From NCBI GenBank assembly GCA_963773065.1, contig CAVYZN010000008.1:96001-160000 (forward strand): DNA of 64,000 nt, read 5' to 3'. The notes beneath the pieces were generated by a model. That model was not told the DNA's origin, did not search any database, and saw only the letters and a list, made by a program, of their open reading frames with translations. Both the position numbers and the translations under genes were made by a program. This stretch comes from an uncultured Gammaproteobacteria bacterium (GTDB lineage Bacteria; Pseudomonadota; Gammaproteobacteria; UBA9214). Numbering within the stretch: position 1 is the first letter of the stretch; each line of letters begins with the position of its first letter. This document shows positions 10,196-21,731 of this stretch, piece by piece.

Positions 10196-11150
10196 GCCAC
10201 AGTCCGCGTATTGCCGCAATGCCCTGGGCGCCATGCTCAAAGGCCGTGTCCAGGTCCGTCTCGGCCATGCCGCCCAGGGCATACACCGGCAGGGCAGAGA
10301 GTTCGGTCAGATCCCGCAATCCGGAAAAACCCAGCGCCTTCGCCCCTGGATGGCTGGTTGTTTCCCGCACCGGCGACACAACGACAAAATCCAGATCCAT
10401 GGCGCAGGCGTGTTCGAGTTCCAGCCGGTCATGGCAGGAAGCCCCGACCAGATGGCGGCTGTCCATCGGCCGTTCCTTGAGCGCCAGCAACCGCGAACTG
10501 GACAGGTGAACACCATCCGCACCCAGTTCCAGCGCCAGTGACGGCTCGGCATTGATCAGAAGCCGGGCATTCCGTTTATGGCAAATCTCGATGGCCTCCC
10601 TTACCAGGGTCCTGTAGCGCGGCAGTGAATACAGACTTGCCCGCAATTGAACCAGCGTTATGCCGCGACGGACCGCGCCATCGAGGCGTGTCAGGAAATT
10701 CTCGAAATCGGTACCCGGCTCCGGCGTGATGAGGTAACGGTCCGGCAGGCTGACCGCCTTGATGATCGGTGTATTGGCCGGCGGAAACTGGTATTGCCCA
10801 AGCTCCCGCGGTGACAGCCACCTGATGGGCTGGCCTTCATGGCCTACCGGCACTCCCGCAAACCTGTCAACCCGCCAGACATCCAGCAACACGTCCCGGT
10901 CCGGATAATCATGATGCACCCGTATAAGCGGCCTCGCCGTGATCACGGTAATGCCGAGTTCCTCATACAGTTCCCGCTGCAGGGCAGACTCGATCATTTC
11001 CCCCGGTTCCACCTTCCCGCCGGGGAATTCCCACAAACCGCCCTGGTGTGCCTGCCGCGGCCGCCGGCTGATCAGCACCCGTTGCCGGTCATCGAAAATC
11101 GCGGCTGCCGCCACATGTAGTCGTCCCGGCTTGTCAGCTTTGAGTATCAT
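10185..11150 (-). CDS. Nudix hydrolase (MutT-like) fused to a thiamine-phosphate-synthase-like (ThiE/TenI) domain
   Basis: Nudix box WEFPGGKVEPGE...RELYEELG; C-terminal ADGVHL, GASCH, PVYALGG, GIAAIRG. Confidence 0.92.
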   Translation of the reverse strand: MILKADKPGRLHVAAAAIFDDRQRVLISRRPRQAHQGGLWEFPGGKVEPGEMIESALQRELYEELGITVITARPLIRVHHDYPDRDVLLDVWRVDRFAGVPVGHEGQPIRWLSPRELGQYQFPPANTPIIKAVSLPDRYLITPEPGTDFENFLTRLDGAVRRGITLVQLRASLYSLPRYRTLVREAIEICHKRNARLLINAEPSLALELGADGVHLSSSRLLALKERPMDSRHLVGASCHDRLELEHACAMDLDFVVVSPVRETTSHPGAKALGFSGLRDLTELSALPVYALGGMAETDLDTAFEHGAQGIAAIRGLWLSP

Positions 11151-11397
11151 TGAGAACCGTTGGATAGGGTGGTTGTATGCTCATGAAACATTGACGTAAG
11201 CATCTCAAAGAGTCGAGGCTTACATGACTCTGCCTGGGAAGTCGGCGGATTTGCATGCGCAGACTGGGCAATACAGGAGATCGCTATCGGCTAATCTTAC
11301 CGGTAGGCACCCAGGCCCACCTTGAAGGAAAGCGAAATATGCCCATGGAATGTCACAACCCTCCCCGGACTGGTAGCGGAAAATCTGTGCTATTGTC

Positions 11398-12093
11398 ATG
11401 TCCATGCGATATCTCGCTAAAGTGACGGTATCACCGCCGTATTCCGCGCAGATAACCGGACCGCGACACTGCCTGCAACACCGGATAGCTGCGTTTCTGC
11501 TCGCCCTCATGACGGCGCTACCTGCCATCGGTTGGAGTAACAATACATCACCGGGAACCGGTTACTCGGGCAATACCAGGGCAGTCGATCAAACGAGGGG
11601 CATCGACCCGCGTGAGAATGACCAGCTTGTCCCGTCAGCAGCGTCCCCGCCCGTGTCGGAAGGCAAACCCGCTGAAGCGGATACCCGCCAGGAATTTTCA
11701 GGGAATTACGACCTGGTGCTCGGCAAGATGGTCTTTAATCACGCCTGTCTTACCTGCCATGGCAATAGCGTCCGCGACGCACCCCGTGTGGGTGATATGG
11801 CTGCCTGGCAAGCCCGCCTGGCGCAAGGGCTTGACGTACTCATCCGGCATGCACTCAACGGCCACGGACGCATGCCTCCGAGGGGGGGCTATATTACCTT
11901 GACGGACCACGAGGTAAGCTCGGCGGTTGCCTATGTCTACCAGATGGGTACGGAAATCCTCGCGAAACAGGGAAATACAGTCACGCATGAGGGGTGCGAT
12001 CCGCTGTCGAATCTCAAACAGTGCACTCCGGAGGAATTGAAGAAGCTGCTGATCATGCAAATGCTCTGGTTACTGAGTGGCCCGCACCAGTAA
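11398..12093 (+). CDS. Periplasmic c-type cytochrome (cytochrome c5 family)
   Basis: Hydrophobic signal segment, CLTCH haem motif, APRVGDMAAWQARLAQG, distal ligand MPPRGG; start uncertain. Confidence 0.85.
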   Translation: MSMRYLAKVTVSPPYSAQITGPRHCLQHRIAAFLLALMTALPAIGWSNNTSPGTGYSGNTRAVDQTRGIDPRENDQLVPSAASPPVSEGKPAEADTRQEFSGNYDLVLGKMVFNHACLTCHGNSVRDAPRVGDMAAWQARLAQGLDVLIRHALNGHGRMPPRGGYITLTDHEVSSAVAYVYQMGTEILAKQGNTVTHEGCDPLSNLKQCTPEELKKLLIMQMLWLLSGPHQ

Positions 12094-12211
12094 TTCCGGG
12101 AAAACCGCGAAGGAGTTTTCGGTCAGGTTATTTTGCAAGGAATCGGGACAACCCGCCGCATCGCAGCTTGACTTATCAGCCAGGCGCGGACACCTCCCTG
12201 GCACCCGCCGG

Positions 12212-13431
12212 TTAACTGCGATACTCCGCGTTGATCCGGACATAGTCGTAGGAAAGATCACAGGTCCAGATGTGTTCTGATCTGTCACCGCGTCCGAGCG
12301 CGACCCGGATGGTGAATTCTGCACGCTGTAGCACACCGCTGCCCCGCGGCCTCGGTATAGTCCTGCGCCCGTCCGCCATCCCGGACGATACAAACATCGT
12401 CAAGAAAAATGGTTATGCGTTCGACGTTCAGATTACTGCAGTCCGGCGCGACCCACCGCGGCCAGGATGCGACCCCAGTTCGGATCACTGGCAAACAGTG
12501 CCGTCTTTACCAGGGGGGAATGTGCGATGGTGTAGGCAACCTGCAGGCACTCCTCCGACGTCGCGCCCTGCTCGACGGCGATGGTGACAAACTTGGTTGC
12601 CCCCTCGCCATCGCGCACGATGGCCCGGGCGAGATCGACACAGACATCGGCAACGGTGGCCGCGATCCGTTCATAATGGCCATCGGCCTGTGTCACCTCG
12701 GGCAAGGTACTGCGTCCGGTGGCAACCAACACACAGGCATCGTTGGTCGAGGTATCGCCATCGACGGTAATGCGGTTGAACGAGCCCTCCACGGCCCGAT
12801 TCAGGCAGTATCTCAATAGGCTGCCGTCCAGTGCGGCATCGGTGGCGACAAACGCCAGCATGGTCGCCATGTCCGGGCAGATCATTCCGGCGCCCTTGGC
12901 CATACCGGTAACGGTGACGGCATGCCCGTCAATATCCAGCCGGCGAGACGTCAGTTTGGGAACCGTGTCGGTAGTCATGATGCCATGCGCTGCATCGATC
13001 CATCCATCTTCCGAGAGGCAAACCAACGCCGCCGGCAACCCCTCGGCTATCCGAGAGACCGGCAGCGGCTCACCGATCACCCCGGTCGAGAACGGCAATA
13101 TCGCCTCGGGTGCACAGCCGGCCAGCGCCGACAGCAACACGCAACACTGCCGGGCATCATGGATACCCTGTGTGCCGGTTCCCGCATTGGCATTACCGGT
13201 ATTAACCAGCAGATAGTCAGGCGCTTGCATGGCAAGGTGTTCACGCGCCACGGTCACCGGTGCGGCGCAAAAGGCATTGCGGGTAAAAACGGCGGCAGCG
13301 ATGGACCCTGCGGCCAGATTCATGACGACCAGATCCCGACGTCCGGGAGACTTGATACCGGCACAGGCCGTTCCCAGCCGGAACCCTGCGACTGGATGGA
13401 TTTCCGGCAGTGTTGTAACGTCACTGTTCAT
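12212..13431 (-). CDS. argJ: Bifunctional ornithine acetyltransferase/N-acetylglutamate synthase, with two +1 frameshifts near 12435 and 12335
   Basis: [45 protein letters not shown]; C-terminus [18 protein letters not shown] in ORF 12212..12403. Confidence 0.93.
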
Positions 13432-13452
13432 GAATTCCTATACTGCGTATTA

Positions 13453-13611
13453 CACCGGAGAGGCGCAGAGCAGACTGAGTAAACGACATACTATCTCTGC
13501 ATCAGACAATATTTATGCTGTAAAAATACTTATATTCTAAGAGAAGTGTCATGACCAAGATCAACCGAGGATAAACTCGCTTTACCCTGCGTACACTGCG
13601 TCTCTGCGGTG
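13453..13611. repeat. Small element with terminal inverted repeats and an AT-rich core in the secA-argJ spacer
   Basis: caccggagaggcgcagag (13453-13470) matches the reverse complement of cactgcgtctctgcggtg (13594-13611) at 15 of 18 positions. Confidence 0.65.
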
Positions 13612-13640
13612 AATTTTGAATGCAGCGTCCGGCCAGATTA

Positions 13641-16349
13641 TCAGTTCAGCTTGCCATGGCATTGCTTATACTTTTTCCCGGACCCGCAGGGACACGGCTC
13701 GTTGCGACCGATCTTCCTGCCCTGACGCGTGTAGGGGGTATGGGTTTCCTCCTCACCCGCCGGCTCACCTTCCTGCTGCCCGGCCATGGCACTGGCCTCG
13801 GCATGCTGGTATTGCCGGGGCGCCTCACTGCGCCGCTGCTGTTCCACCGCCTCGACATCCGATTCGGCGCGCACCTGCACCTTCGACACGATGCCGATCA
13901 CATCATGCTTGATCCGGTCGAGCATGGCCGTAAACATCTCGAAAGCCTCGCGCTTGTATTCCTGCTTGGGGTTCTTCTGGGCATAGCCGCGCAGGCCGAT
14001 CCCCTGGCGCAGGTAATCCATCGCGGCCAGGTGTTCCTTCCATGCCACATCCAGTACCTGTAACATGACCGCCTTCTCGAAATGTCTGACGACCGCGATC
14101 CCGGCCAGCCGCTCTTTCTCCGCGTAGGCCGCTTCCATGTTCCCGAGTATACGTTCACGCAAAGTCTCTTCGTGCAGGCCCTGGTCCTGTTTCAGCCACT
14201 CGCCGACCGGCATGTCGCTGCCGAATTCCTTCGTGAGCGCTTCCTGCAGCCCGGACACATCCCACTGCTCGTCGAGACTGCCCGGCGGGATATAGGCGTC
14301 GATTGTGGAATTCACGACATCACGGCGGATCGCGTGTATGGTGTCGGCGATATCCTCCGTCTCCATCAGCTCGTTACGCTGCTCGTAGATGACCTTGCGC
14401 TGATCATTGGCCACGTCGTCATATTCGAGCAGTGTCTTGCGGATGTTGAAGTTATGCGCCTCGACCTTGCGCTGGGCATTCTCAATGGCCTTGGTCACCC
14501 ATGGATGCTCGATCGCCTCTCCCTCCTGCATCCCCAGTTTCTGCATCATGGCTGCAACCCGGTCGGAGGCAAAGATACGCATCAGGTTGTCTTTCAGTGA
14601 AAGATAGAAACGGCTCGATCCCGGGTCGCCCTGGCGGCCGGCGCGACCGCGCAACTGGTTGTCGACACGGCGTGATTCATGGCGCTCGGTGCCGATGATA
14701 TGCAGCCCGCCGGCCGCAATGACCCGGTTATGGCGTTCCTGCCAGTCCTGCCTGAGCTTACCTACCGACGCCTCGTCCGGGTTTTCCATAGCCTCGATTT
14801 CCGCGTTGAGGTTTCCCCCGAGCACGATATCCGTCCCGCGGCCGGCCATGTTGGTCGCGATCGTGGCCGCTCCCGGTTGTCCGGCCTGGGCGATGATGTG
14901 CGCCTCACGCTCGTGCTGTTTGGCGTTGAGCACCTCGTGGCTGATGCCCTCCTGCTTCAGCAGCCGCGACAGGTATTCGGAAGTTTCGACCGAGGCCGTG
15001 CCGACCAGGGTCGGCTGGCCGCGCTTGCGGCATTCACGGATATCCCCGAGTATGGCATTGAACTTCTCCTCCATGGTGAGATAGACCAGATCGCCCATGT
15101 CATTGCGGATCATCGGTTTATGGGTAGGAATGACCACCACCTCCAGACCGTAGATCTGCTGGAGTTCAAAGGCCTCGGTGTCGGCCGTGCCGGTCATCCC
15201 GGAGAGCTTCTTGTACAGGCGGAAATAATTCTGGAAGGTGATCGACGCCAGGGTCTGGTTTTCGTTCTGGACCGGAACGCCTTCCTTCGCCTCCATGGCC
15301 TGGTGCAGACCCTCGGACCAGCGCCGGCCCGGCATGGTGCGGCCGGTGAATTCGTCCACGATGACGATCTGCCCGTCCTGCACGATGTAATCGACGTCCT
15401 TCTGGAACAGCAGGTGGGCGCGCAGCGCGGCATTGAGGTGATGCATGAGATTCAGGTTAGCCGCATCGTACAGGCTCTCCCCCTCGCGCAGCAGGCTATT
15501 GCGGACCAGCAGCGTCTCGACGTGCTCGTGACCTTCTTCCGTAAGGAAGACCTGCTTGTGTTTTTCCTCGAGCGTGTAGTCACCCGGTCCGTCCTCGGTT
15601 TCCTGCGGTTTCAGATGAGGTATTAGGGTGTTTATCCTGGTGTAGAGATCCGAGCGTTCGTCCACCGGCCCGGAAATAATCAGCGGGGTGCGCGCCTCGT
15701 CAATCAGGATGGAGTCAACCTCATCCACGATCGCGAAGTTACGCATGCCCTGCATCCTGTCCTGGGCGGTGAACGCCATGTTGTCGCGCAGGTAATCGAA
15801 GCCGAACTCGTTGTTCGTGCCATAAGTGATATCCGCCTGGTACGCGGACCGCTTCTGTTCATAGGGCTGTCCCGGCACCACCACACCGGTCGTCATACCG
15901 AGGAAGTCGTAGATTTTCCCCATCCAACCGGCATCGCGCCGCGCCAGGTAATCGTTCACGGTTACCACGTGTACACCCTTGCCGGGCAATGCATTCAGAT
16001 AAGCCGCCAGGGTGGCCACCAGTGTCTTGCCTTCACCGGTACGCATCTCGGCGATACGACCTTCGTGCAGCACCATGCCGCCAATGAGCTGCACATCGAA
16101 GTGACGCATGCCCAGGACACGCTGAGAGGCTTCACGGACCGTGGCGAACGCTTCGGCCAGCAGGTCATCCAGCGGCGCACCGTCCGCCAGGCGCCGGCGG
16201 AAATCGGCGGTCTTTTCCTTTAACTCATCGTTGGAAAGCGCCTGGATCTGCGTCTCCAGTTCATTGATCCGGGCTATGGCCTGGGACATGCGTTTCAGTT
16301 GGCGTTCGTTGCGGCTGCCGAAAATCTTGCGGAAGATATCAAGTGCCAT
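13641..16349 (-). CDS. secA: Preprotein translocase ATPase SecA
   Basis: [39 protein letters not shown]-terminal [19 protein letters not shown]. Confidence 0.99.
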   Translation of the reverse strand: MALDIFRKIFGSRNERQLKRMSQAIARINELETQIQALSNDELKEKTADFRRRLADGAPLDDLLAEAFATVREASQRVLGMRHFDVQLIGGMVLHEGRIAEMRTGEGKTLVATLAAYLNALPGKGVHVVTVNDYLARRDAGWMGKIYDFLGMTTGVVVPGQPYEQKRSAYQADITYGTNNEFGFDYLRDNMAFTAQDRMQGMRNFAIVDEVDSILIDEARTPLIISGPVDERSDLYTRINTLIPHLKPQETEDGPGDYTLEEKHKQVFLTEEGHEHVETLLVRNSLLREGESLYDAANLNLMHHLNAALRAHLLFQKDVDYIVQDGQIVIVDEFTGRTMPGRRWSEGLHQAMEAKEGVPVQNENQTLASITFQNYFRLYKKLSGMTGTADTEAFELQQIYGLEVVVIPTHKPMIRNDMGDLVYLTMEEKFNAILGDIRECRKRGQPTLVGTASVETSEYLSRLLKQEGISHEVLNAKQHEREAHIIAQAGQPGAATIATNMAGRGTDIVLGGNLNAEIEAMENPDEASVGKLRQDWQERHNRVIAAGGLHIIGTERHESRRVDNQLRGRAGRQGDPGSSRFYLSLKDNLMRIFASDRVAAMMQKLGMQEGEAIEHPWVTKAIENAQRKVEAHNFNIRKTLLEYDDVANDQRKVIYEQRNELMETEDIADTIHAIRRDVVNSTIDAYIPPGSLDEQWDVSGLQEALTKEFGSDMPVGEWLKQDQGLHEETLRERILGNMEAAYAEKERLAGIAVVRHFEKAVMLQVLDVAWKEHLAAMDYLRQGIGLRGYAQKNPKQEYKREAFEMFTAMLDRIKHDVIGIVSKVQVRAESDVEAVEQQRRSEAPRQYQHAEASAMAGQQEGEPAGEEETHTPYTRQGRKIGRNEPCPCGSGKKYKQCHGKLN

Positions 16350-16542
16350 GAATGCTTAATCTGTTGTTAAAGGAGGGTTGGAAAGAATGCGCAATGATAC
16401 CGCAACTATCCGCGGATTAGCAGGTTGGTTGGTCGGAACAGGTTTTACTCGGTGTACCGTTACCGCAGGCGGTTAAGGATCACCGTGGAGAGGCCGCACG
16501 GCAGATCACTGCCGCGAATTGCGCCAAGGAACTGAACGGTCT

Positions 16543-16594
16543 CACCCTCACCCGGCCCTGCGGGCCACACTTACCCACGCACGTGAGCGAGAGA
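16543..16594. repeat. Degenerate REP-like palindromic element (CCCTCACCC...GAGAG type)
   Basis: caccctcacccggccctgcgggccacacttacccacgcacgtgagcgagag with inner hairpin ggccc-tgc-gggcc, between the M23 gene and secA. Confidence 0.5.
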
Positions 16595-16632
16595 GTCGGC
16601 GCGGCTTTCGGCCGCAGGTTTCTGAGCAGGGA

Positions 16633-17544
16633 TCAGTTTGTAATGAATTTCGAGGGGTTGATCTGTTTGTCGTTTTGCACGACTTCAAAATGGACATGCG
16701 GCCCGGTTGAGCGCCCGGTTGATCCCATCAGTGCGATCTGCTGGCCCTTCTTGACGGTGTCGCCGACCGCAACCAGCGGTTTCTTGTTGTGGCCATAACG
16801 CGTGACATAACCGTTGCCGTGATTGATCTCCACCAGGTTTCCATAGCCGGAACGCACACCCACCCAACTGACGATGCCGTCTGCTGCGGACACTACCTGG
16901 GAGCCTTCCTTGCCGGCAAAGTCGACCCCCTTGTGAAACTCCTTCCTGCCGGTGAACGGGTCGGTGCGCTTGCCGAACCCCGACGATAACCAACCGTTCT
17001 TGACCGGTCTTCCGGAAGGCATGACACGCTCATGCAGGCTCCTGTCCATGAGCAGGGTATCCAGCACCGAGAACTTCTGCTCCCGGTCATCCATTTCGGC
17101 GTTCAATTCATCCAGCATCGAAATAAAATCAGGCAATTCGGTCGGCTGCAGGCCGGCTACATCCTGCGGGCCGCCGACAGCCGGGGGGTTGCTGAAATCG
17201 AATTCGTCCTTGTCGAGACTGGCCTGTGCTGCCAGTTGCTCGCCCAGCGCATTGAGGCGCAACATCTGGGCCTGCATCCGGCCGATCCTAAGGGCCAGCG
17301 CATCGAGGTGGGTTTGGGCGGATTTTCGCGCAGCGGCGATCTCGACCCGCTGATCTTGAAACATGCTTTGCCACTCCGCCGCCGGGGCTGGCCCGTCCTT
17401 GCCGAGGTGCATTCCACCATAGACCCCCAACGCGCATAGCAGCGCCATACCTACACTTACCAGCAGCCCGCTACGCAGTGGATTGATCTCGAAACTCGAG
17501 ATCTGGCCGCCCTTGTTGGTAAATAGTATGATATTCAGATTCAT
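16633..17544 (-). CDS. M23 family metallopeptidase with coiled-coil N-terminus
   Basis: HKGVDF, YGHN, GSTGRSTGPHVHFEV; likely start MNLNIILF at 17544; usual position upstream of secA. Confidence 0.93.
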   Translation of the reverse strand: MNLNIILFTNKGGQISSFEINPLRSGLLVSVGMALLCALGVYGGMHLGKDGPAPAAEWQSMFQDQRVEIAAARKSAQTHLDALALRIGRMQAQMLRLNALGEQLAAQASLDKDEFDFSNPPAVGGPQDVAGLQPTELPDFISMLDELNAEMDDREQKFSVLDTLLMDRSLHERVMPSGRPVKNGWLSSGFGKRTDPFTGRKEFHKGVDFAGKEGSQVVSAADGIVSWVGVRSGYGNLVEINHGNGYVTRYGHNKKPLVAVGDTVKKGQQIALMGSTGRSTGPHVHFEVVQNDKQINPSKFITN

Positions 17545-17581
17545 AATATTAGGCGTCCTGTGGTGTTTTCCCCAACCCGTC

Positions 17582-18046
17582 ATGCGCTCAAACAAACCCT
17601 TCCAGATTGGTGACCTGCTCGACAGAAGCGAGGCCGCCCGCCTGCTGTCCCGCGCCCGGGCGCTGAGGGAACTGGATGCGCTGGTGCATGAACTCATCCC
17701 CTCGCCACTCAACAGGCATTGCCGTGTCTTGTCAGTGCGGAACGACGCTCTGATCGTGGCCGCCGACTCTCCTGTCTGGGCGGCCCGCCTGCGATACCAG
17801 ACCTCACAACTAGTAAAGCAATTAACTACCGATTCATCCGTGAAATTGCGCACAGTTCAGGTACGCGTGCGTGCGTGCGACTGTCCCCGCAGCAGCGGTA
17901 TCGCGCATGTCCAGCCGCCCCTGTCTAAGAGGAATTCCATTGTCCTGAAACAGGCCGCGCGCAGTGTCACGGATGCGGGCCTTAAGGCGGCATTGCTCAG
18001 ACTCGCCAGTCGCCAGAGACGTCCCGGTCATCAGCGACCGAAGTGA
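17582..18046 (+). CDS. dciA: DUF721/DciA family protein (replicative helicase loader)
   Basis: LIVAADSPVWAARLRYQ motif; conserved location between lpxC and M23/secA. Confidence 0.8.
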   Translation: MRSNKPFQIGDLLDRSEAARLLSRARALRELDALVHELIPSPLNRHCRVLSVRNDALIVAADSPVWAARLRYQTSQLVKQLTTDSSVKLRTVQVRVRACDCPRSSGIAHVQPPLSKRNSIVLKQAARSVTDAGLKAALLRLASRQRRPGHQRPK

Positions 18047-18070
18047 CGATGGCAGCGCAAAGGAATTAGG

Positions 18071-18982
18071 TCAGACAGCGGGTACCGGCTGGATAAATGC
18101 GATGGGCGCGTGGCTGATATCATCAAATGTCACCCGTTCCCAGGCCGTTTCATCATCCATTAGGGTACGCAACAACTTGTTGTTGAGTTCGTGTCCCGAC
18201 TTGTAGCCATTGAACGCGCCTATCATGTTGCTGCCTAGCAGGTAGAGATCACCGATCACGTCGAGGATCTTGTGTTTGACGAATTCGTCACGATAACGCA
18301 AACCGTCTTCATTCAGCACTCGGTAGTCATCCAGTACGACGGCATTGTCGATACTGCCGCCAAGCGCCAGTTCGCGTTCGTGCAAATGTTCGATCTCGGC
18401 GATAAAACCGAATGTCCGAGCCCGGCTGACTTCCTTGACGAAAGAGGTCGCCGAAAAGTCGATCTCGGAATGCTGAGTATTCGACTTGAACACCGGATGA
18501 TCAAACGCGATGGTAAATCCCACCTTGAATCCGTCAAACGGCTCAAACCGGGCAACCTTGTCGCCATCCTCAACCTGCACGACGCGCTTGATCCGGATGA
18601 ATCCCTTGGACGCCTGCTGCTCTTCAATGCCGGCGGACTGTATCAGGAAGACAAACGGTCCGGCACTGCCATCCATGATAGGTACTTCCGGCGCACTCAG
18701 ATCGACATAGGCGTTATCGATACCCAGCCCCGACAGCGCCGACAGCAGATGCTCGACCGTCGAAATGCGCGCATCTCCGCGGACGAGGGTCGTGGAAAGA
18801 CGTGTCTCACCCACGTTTTCCAGGCTGGCCCTGATCTGCACCGGCGGGTCCAGATCAACCCGACAAAACACGATACCCGTATTCACCGGGGCCGGCCTCA
18901 GGGTAAGGTAGACTTTCTCACCCGTATGCAGTCCCACGCCGGTCGCGCGTATGACGTTCTTGAGTGTACGTTGCCGGATCAT
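18071..18982 (-). CDS. lpxC: UDP-3-O-acyl-N-acetylglucosamine deacetylase
   Basis: [40 protein letters not shown]. Confidence 0.99.
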   Translation of the reverse strand: MIRQRTLKNVIRATGVGLHTGEKVYLTLRPAPVNTGIVFCRVDLDPPVQIRASLENVGETRLSTTLVRGDARISTVEHLLSALSGLGIDNAYVDLSAPEVPIMDGSAGPFVFLIQSAGIEEQQASKGFIRIKRVVQVEDGDKVARFEPFDGFKVGFTIAFDHPVFKSNTQHSEIDFSATSFVKEVSRARTFGFIAEIEHLHERELALGGSIDNAVVLDDYRVLNEDGLRYRDEFVKHKILDVIGDLYLLGSNMIGAFNGYKSGHELNNKLLRTLMDDETAWERVTFDDISHAPIAFIQPVPAV

Positions 18983-19242
18983 GGCATCATTATTCCTCTT
19001 AACGCTGCCGTCTTACTCTGGCAAGTACCATAAAAAGCCGCAGAGATGGTATCACAACCCTCCGCCCAGGCACAGAAATGTCAGCTTCAGAATCGCTGAA
19101 ATGTCAATATATTGACTGATTTATTATATATGCGGTCCCTCACTTCAACCATCGAACGCCACGTCGCTTACGCCTGGCCAAGACTGGCCAGGGAAGCGGA
19201 AGTCGAAGCCACCGCAGGCCATGACTGGCCCGCGGCTTGACC

Positions 19243-20391
19243 CTAATCAGCCTGGCGACGCAGGAACGCGGGGATATCCAGGTAATCCAGGTCCTCGGCA
19301 TTATTACCGCCCGCTGAAACCTTTTGTGTTTGCCGGCGAGTAACGGTTGGTTTGTCGAGTTTCCTGTAGTCCACCTCCCCGTTTCTGGTCTTCTGCACCA
19401 GCGACACCGGCTTCTCGGCCAACTGCTTCTTGTGTTCCTGGCCGAGGCCGGTCGCCACCACCGTTACCCGCAGTTCATCGCGCATTTCCGGATCGATCAC
19501 GGTCCCTACGACGACCGTGGCGTTCTCGGAAGCGAAGGCCTTCACCGTGTTGCCCACTTCCTCGAACTCCCCGATGCCCATATCCATGCCGGCGGTCACG
19601 TTGACCAGGATGCCATGGGCGCCCATCAGGTTGACGTCTTCGAGCAGCGGACTGGCAATCGCCGCCTCGGCAGCCACGCGGGCACGGTCCTCGCCCTTGG
19701 CGGAACCGGAGCCCATCATCGCCATACCCATCTCGGACATTACCGTGCGCACATCAGCGAAATCGACATTGATGAGACCCGGCCGGGTGATCAGTTCGGC
19801 GATACCCTGCACGGCGCCGAGCAGCACATCGTTGGCGGCCTTGAAGGCATCCAGCAGGCTGATCTGCTTGCCCAGCACCGTCAGCAGCTTTTCATTCGGG
19901 ATCGTGATGAGCGAGTCGACATACTGGCTCAGCTCCTTGATGCCGTTATGCGCGACATGCAGGCGCTTGCTGCCCTCAAACGGAAACGGCTTGGTCACCA
20001 CCGCCACGGTGAGTATGCCCAGTTCCCTGGCGATCTGGGCCACGACCGGGGCCGCGCCGGTACCCGTTCCGCCGCCCATGCCGGCCGTGATAAACAGCAT
20101 ATCGGCGCCTTCGATGGCCTCGGTGATCCGTTCCCGGTCCTCATGCGCCGCCTGCCGGCCGATATCCGGGTTGGCGCCGGCGCCGAGCCCCTTGGTGATG
20201 GTGCTGCCGATCTGGAGCATGGTCCGCGCCGAGATGTTTTTCAGCGCCTGGGCGTCCGTGTTCGCGCAGATGAAATCCACACCCTCGATATTCCCGTCAA
20301 CCATGTGCTGCACGGCGTTGCCGCCTCCGCCGCCGACGCCGATGACCTTGATTACCGCACTCTGTCCGCATGAATCCAGCAGTTCAAACAT
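19243..20391 (-). CDS. ftsZ: Cell division GTPase FtsZ
   Basis: GVGGGGGNA, tubulin signature [17 protein letters not shown]-terminal [12 protein letters not shown]. Confidence 0.99.
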   Translation of the reverse strand: MFELLDSCGQSAVIKVIGVGGGGGNAVQHMVDGNIEGVDFICANTDAQALKNISARTMLQIGSTITKGLGAGANPDIGRQAAHEDRERITEAIEGADMLFITAGMGGGTGTGAAPVVAQIARELGILTVAVVTKPFPFEGSKRLHVAHNGIKELSQYVDSLITIPNEKLLTVLGKQISLLDAFKAANDVLLGAVQGIAELITRPGLINVDFADVRTVMSEMGMAMMGSGSAKGEDRARVAAEAAIASPLLEDVNLMGAHGILVNVTAGMDMGIGEFEEVGNTVKAFASENATVVVGTVIDPEMRDELRVTVVATGLGQEHKKQLAEKPVSLVQKTRNGEVDYRKLDKPTVTRRQTQKVSAGGNNAEDLDYLDIPAFLRRQAD

Positions 20392-20481
20392 GATGTCTCC
20401 TCCTCAGAAAACATGAAAAATTGACGAGCGTAACCTTCAGTAAAACGCACCCTATCTCAGCACCCTCGACTGCCACCACCC

Positions 20482-21718
20482 TCAGAAATTTCCCTGAAAC
20501 CAGCCCTTCATCCTGTCCCACACACTGCGCAGCCCCTTGCCCAGCCCCGCTTCCAGCACCCGCTGGTCACGATTTTGATAACCGAACAGCAGCAGACCCA
20601 CACCGGTCGCGAAAATCGGATTGCGCACCACATCGACCAGTCCGGTCACGTACTGGGGAACACCCAGGCGCACCGGCATGTGAAACACTTCCTCCGCAAG
20701 CTCGATCAGCGCCCTCGATCTTGGAACTGCCGCCGGTCAGCACGACCCCGGCGGCCACCAGGTCTTCGAATCCGCTGCGGCGCAATTCCGCCTGCACCAA
20801 CGTCAGCAGTTCCTCATAACGCGGTTCCACCACTTCGGCGAGCGTATGGCGCGCCAGCCGGCGCGGTGGACGGTCGCCGATACTGGGCACCTCGATGTTT
20901 TCATCCGCCGTGGCCATCTGGGTCAGCGCACAGGCGTACTTGATCTTGATCTCCTCGGCGTACTGGGTCGGCGTGCGCAGGGCCACGGCGATGTCATTGG
21001 TGACCTGGTCGCCGGCGATCGGTATCACCGCGGTGTGGCGGATGGACCCCTCGGTGAACACCGCGATATCCGTCGTGCCGCCGCCGATATCCACGATGCA
21101 CACCCCGAGCTCCTTTTCATCCTCGGTCAACACCGAATAACTGGATGCCAGTTGTTCAAGTATGATGTCGTCGACCTCGAGCCCGCAGCGGCGCACGCAC
21201 TTGATGATGTTCTGCGCCGCGCTCACCGCGCCCGTCACCATGTGAACCTTGGCCTCCAGCCGCACCCCGGACATGCCGACCGGCTCCTTGATGCCTTCCT
21301 GATTGTCGATCAGGAATTCCTGGGGCAGGATGTGCAGGATCTTCTGGTCCGCCGGTATCGCCACGGCGCGGGCGGCGTCGATCACCCGCTCCACGTCACC
21401 GGGCGCCACCTCCTTGTCCTTGATGGCGACGATGCCGTGTGAATTCAGGCTGCGGATGTGGCTGCCCGCGATGCCGGCATAGACCGAGTGGATCTGACAA
21501 CCGGCCATCAACTCGGCTTCCTCCACGGCGCGCTGTATGGAGTGCACGGTGGATTCGATGTTCACCACGACCCCCTTCTTCAAGCCCCGCGAGGGATGGG
21601 AGCCGATGCCGATCACCTCGATCGTCCCATCCGGCACCACCTCGCCGACAATGGCAACGACCTTGGAGGTCCCGATATCGAGACCCACGATCAGATTCTT
21701 TTCAGTCTTCTTTGACAT
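20482..21718 (-). CDS. ftsA: Cell division protein FtsA (+1 frameshift near 20711)
   Basis: GLDIGTSKV, VDIGGGTTD; C-terminal amphipathic WDRMKGWFQGNF in ORF 20482..20688; span 3n+1. Confidence 0.96.
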
Positions 21719-21731
21719 GCGCTCTCGATCC

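Noticed and set aside
16633-17853. Long N-terminal extension of the M23 peptidase
   Set aside because: The extension overlaps dciA on the other strand; the likely start is 17544.
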